From the NCBI GenBank assembly GCA_963764725.1, contig CAVXTM010000008.1, positions 1 to 29,615 on the forward strand: a stretch of 29,615 nt of DNA, in the 5' to 3' direction. Origin of the DNA: an uncultured Gammaproteobacteria bacterium. Lineage in GTDB: Bacteria; Pseudomonadota; Gammaproteobacteria; JACCXJ01. Under the pieces are notes generated by a model. The model ran no database searches. It was not told the origin of the DNA and saw nothing but the letters and a program-made list of their open reading frames with translations. Position 1 is the stretch's first letter. Every line of letters starts with the position of its first letter. A program made the position numbers and the translations under genes. Shown one piece after another: positions 28,022-29,615 of this stretch.

Positions 28022-28054
28022 CAATTCGCTCGTTTTTTCCGTACGGCAGCGAGT

Positions 28055-28137
28055 GTAGCCCGGATGGAATGCAATGGAATCCGGGAAATGGAGATGGTGT
28101 CCGTTCCCCGTGTTCCGCTGCGCTACAGACGGGTGAC
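28055..28137. repeat. Inverted pair of GTAG-type REP-like palindromes
   Basis: GTAG-CCCGGAT...ATCCGGG (28055-28085) and a diverged inverted copy at 28106-28137 with its own CCCGT/ACGGG stem. Confidence 0.65.
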
Positions 28138-28200
28138 GCCGACTGATATGCAAAGACCCGACACCGCCTCTTTCGCACAGCGCATATATGGACTCCTCCC

Positions 28201-28457
28201 GATTTGCAAGCATCTTTTCGCTTTGATTGCAGCGGTCGGTGAGCGCAGTTGCTCCCATATATCCGGCCTGTCAATGAGGCTTGCGATGCCTCTGGCCCCG
28301 ATGGAATATCCGCGTGTCTTCATCTCAATCATCCTACCGGCCTCGAAGGCCCATGCGCTGAGCGGATTGCTGAAAACACCGGTCTGACCGCTTTGCCATC
28401 GCTTCGAAAGATGCTTCGCAACTGGGTGGAAGGTGAAAAACCCTGTGGCCTCGCGTG
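28201..28457 (-). ncRNA. Predicted bridge/seekRNA region of the IS1111-type element (limits approximate)
   Basis: RNA-sense CAGCGCAT (28360-28353) and GTAGGATG (28337-28330) flank a GGCCT/AGGCC hairpin and match the two halves of the empty site CAGCGCATCCTAC. Confidence 0.75.
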
Positions 28458-29486
28458 CTACGCGTTGACCGAAACCCGCGCGCGGTAACCCTCGTCTCGC
28501 CTCAGGAGCGCCCAGATCGCCCGAGCGCTCTTGTTGGCCACCGCCACCGCTGCGATGTTCTTGTTGCGCCGTTTGACGAGGTCGTTGATCCACCGGCTCT
28601 GGGCGTCGGTCTTCTTGGCCGCCGCCTTCACCACGGACCGCGCCCCGTGGATGAGCAGAGTGCGCAGGTAGGTATCGCCCCGCTTGCTGATCCCCAGGAG
28701 CTTGGGCTTGCCCCCGCTCGAATCCTGCCGCGGCACGAGCCCCACCCAGGCCGCGACCTGCCGCCCGGACTCGAACGCTCGACCATCACCGACCGAGGCG
28801 ACGGCCGCCGTCGCCGTGATCGGCCCTACCCCCGGCATCCGGCCAATCCTCTGGCACGCCTCGCTCGCATGGTAGAGCCCTTGGAGCTTGACGCCGTAGG
28901 CCCCCACTTGCCGGTCCAGCTCCAGGACCTGCCGGTGGAGATCGGCAAACAGCTCTCGCGCCAAGCCACTCAGGCCGTTCTCGCCGTCTTCCAAGATCTC
29001 CGGCAGGCGCTTGCGTACCTGCGCCAAGCCCTGACCGATGACGATGCCATACTCGCCTAACAAACCCCGCAGCCGGTTTGCCTGCGCGGTGCGTTCCTTT
29101 ACCAACCCACTGCGTACCCGGTGCAGCGCCAGAATGTCTTGGCTCTCGGTGCTCTTCACCGGCACAAAACGCATGTTCGGGCGCCCCACCGCCTCGCAGA
29201 TTGCCTCCGCGTCGTTCTTGTCATTCTTGTTCCCCTTCACGTAGGGCTTGACGAACTGCGGGCTGATGAGCCTGACCGTATGCCCGAGCTTCCCCAGCTC
29301 CCGCGCCCAGTAGTGTGCGCCGGCGCAGGCTTCGATCCCTACCACGCAAGGGTCGAGGTTGGCGAAGAACGCCAAGACCTGCCCTCGCCTGAGCGACTTG
29401 CGCACCGCGACCTTCCCCTTCCCGTCCACACCGTGTGCCTGAAAGACATTCTTTGCAATGTCTAACCCGATTGTTGTAACGTTCAT
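28458..29486 (-). CDS. IS110-family DEDD transposase/recombinase
   Basis: IGLDIAK, GIEAC and KNDKNDAEAI (DEDD residues); PGVGP, GLVP...SSGG and KRGD.YLR. Confidence 0.96.
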   Translation of the reverse strand: MNVTTIGLDIAKNVFQAHGVDGKGKVAVRKSLRRGQVLAFFANLDPCVVGIEACAGAHYWARELGKLGHTVRLISPQFVKPYVKGNKNDKNDAEAICEAVGRPNMRFVPVKSTESQDILALHRVRSGLVKERTAQANRLRGLLGEYGIVIGQGLAQVRKRLPEILEDGENGLSGLARELFADLHRQVLELDRQVGAYGVKLQGLYHASEACQRIGRMPGVGPITATAAVASVGDGRAFESGRQVAAWVGLVPRQDSSGGKPKLLGISKRGDTYLRTLLIHGARSVVKAAAKKTDAQSRWINDLVKRRNKNIAAVAVANKSARAIWALLRRDEGYRARVSVNA

Positions 29487-29615
29487 AGCGGACTTCTCCT
29501 CTTCTGTTCAAGTGGTTGTTACATCCTCCACTTTGGCACATCACGATGCCGTTAGGGAGGGGAGGAGTCCATACCATTATCCTACTCTCGCTAGCAAATA
29601 CTGCTTGACCCGGGC

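Larger units (their letters stand above)
27470..28022 (+). other. Integron-type gene cassette borders around the TA pair (G/TTAGAGC ... GCTCTAAC, attC truncated)
   Basis: 8-bp complementary core sites. The toxin's TAA lies inside GCTCTAAC, followed by attC-like AATTCGCTC. Confidence 0.65.
28186..29578 (-). mobile_element. Complete IS110-family (IS1111-type) insertion sequence
   Basis: Perfect 13-bp sub-terminal IRs ATGGACTCCTCCC (28188-28200) and GGGAGGAGTCCAT (29560-29572). AT core on both sides (28184-28185, 29579-29580). Long 3' non-coding region. Confidence 0.9.

Noticed and set aside
2181-29577. Numerous antisense or alternate-frame ORFs in the track (e.g. 3399-4040, 8305-8904, 22718-23464, 26115-26915, 28455-29060)
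   Set aside because: They are shadows of well-supported genes in GC-rich DNA and have no recognisable motifs.

Overview
GC-rich, probably proteobacterial accessory region. At the left, a lexA-imuA-imuB-dnaE2 SOS mutagenesis operon (minus strand) runs into a small frameshifted ORF and four 18-bp GTT-N12-AAC boxes. An attI-like GTTAGGC crossover follows, then an integron-type cassette array: a PD-(D/E)XK nuclease with a canonical attC, then mgtE, then a probable attC cut by the window edge. No intI is present in the window. dnaE2 is split by a precise 83-bp hairpin-rich insertion, and a relative of it is nested in a MITE between lexA and imuA. The middle carries BON/DAGK/metallophosphoesterase/PAP2 genes, an M28 peptidase, a TlpA-like protein, DUF1345, a TIR-TM-propeller protein, DUF1097, an aspartic protease, an MFS transporter, an atypical RNase HII, a cPLA2-like phospholipase, tRNA-Met and cydAB. 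At the right are an IS1111 left-end relic, a toxin-antitoxin pair with cassette borders, REP-like palindromes and a complete IS110/IS1111-type element. That element's non-coding region holds guide segments matching its own insertion site. Several genes have 1-2 nt frameshifts that may be sequencing errors. All family calls come from motif recognition by eye, not from database searches.
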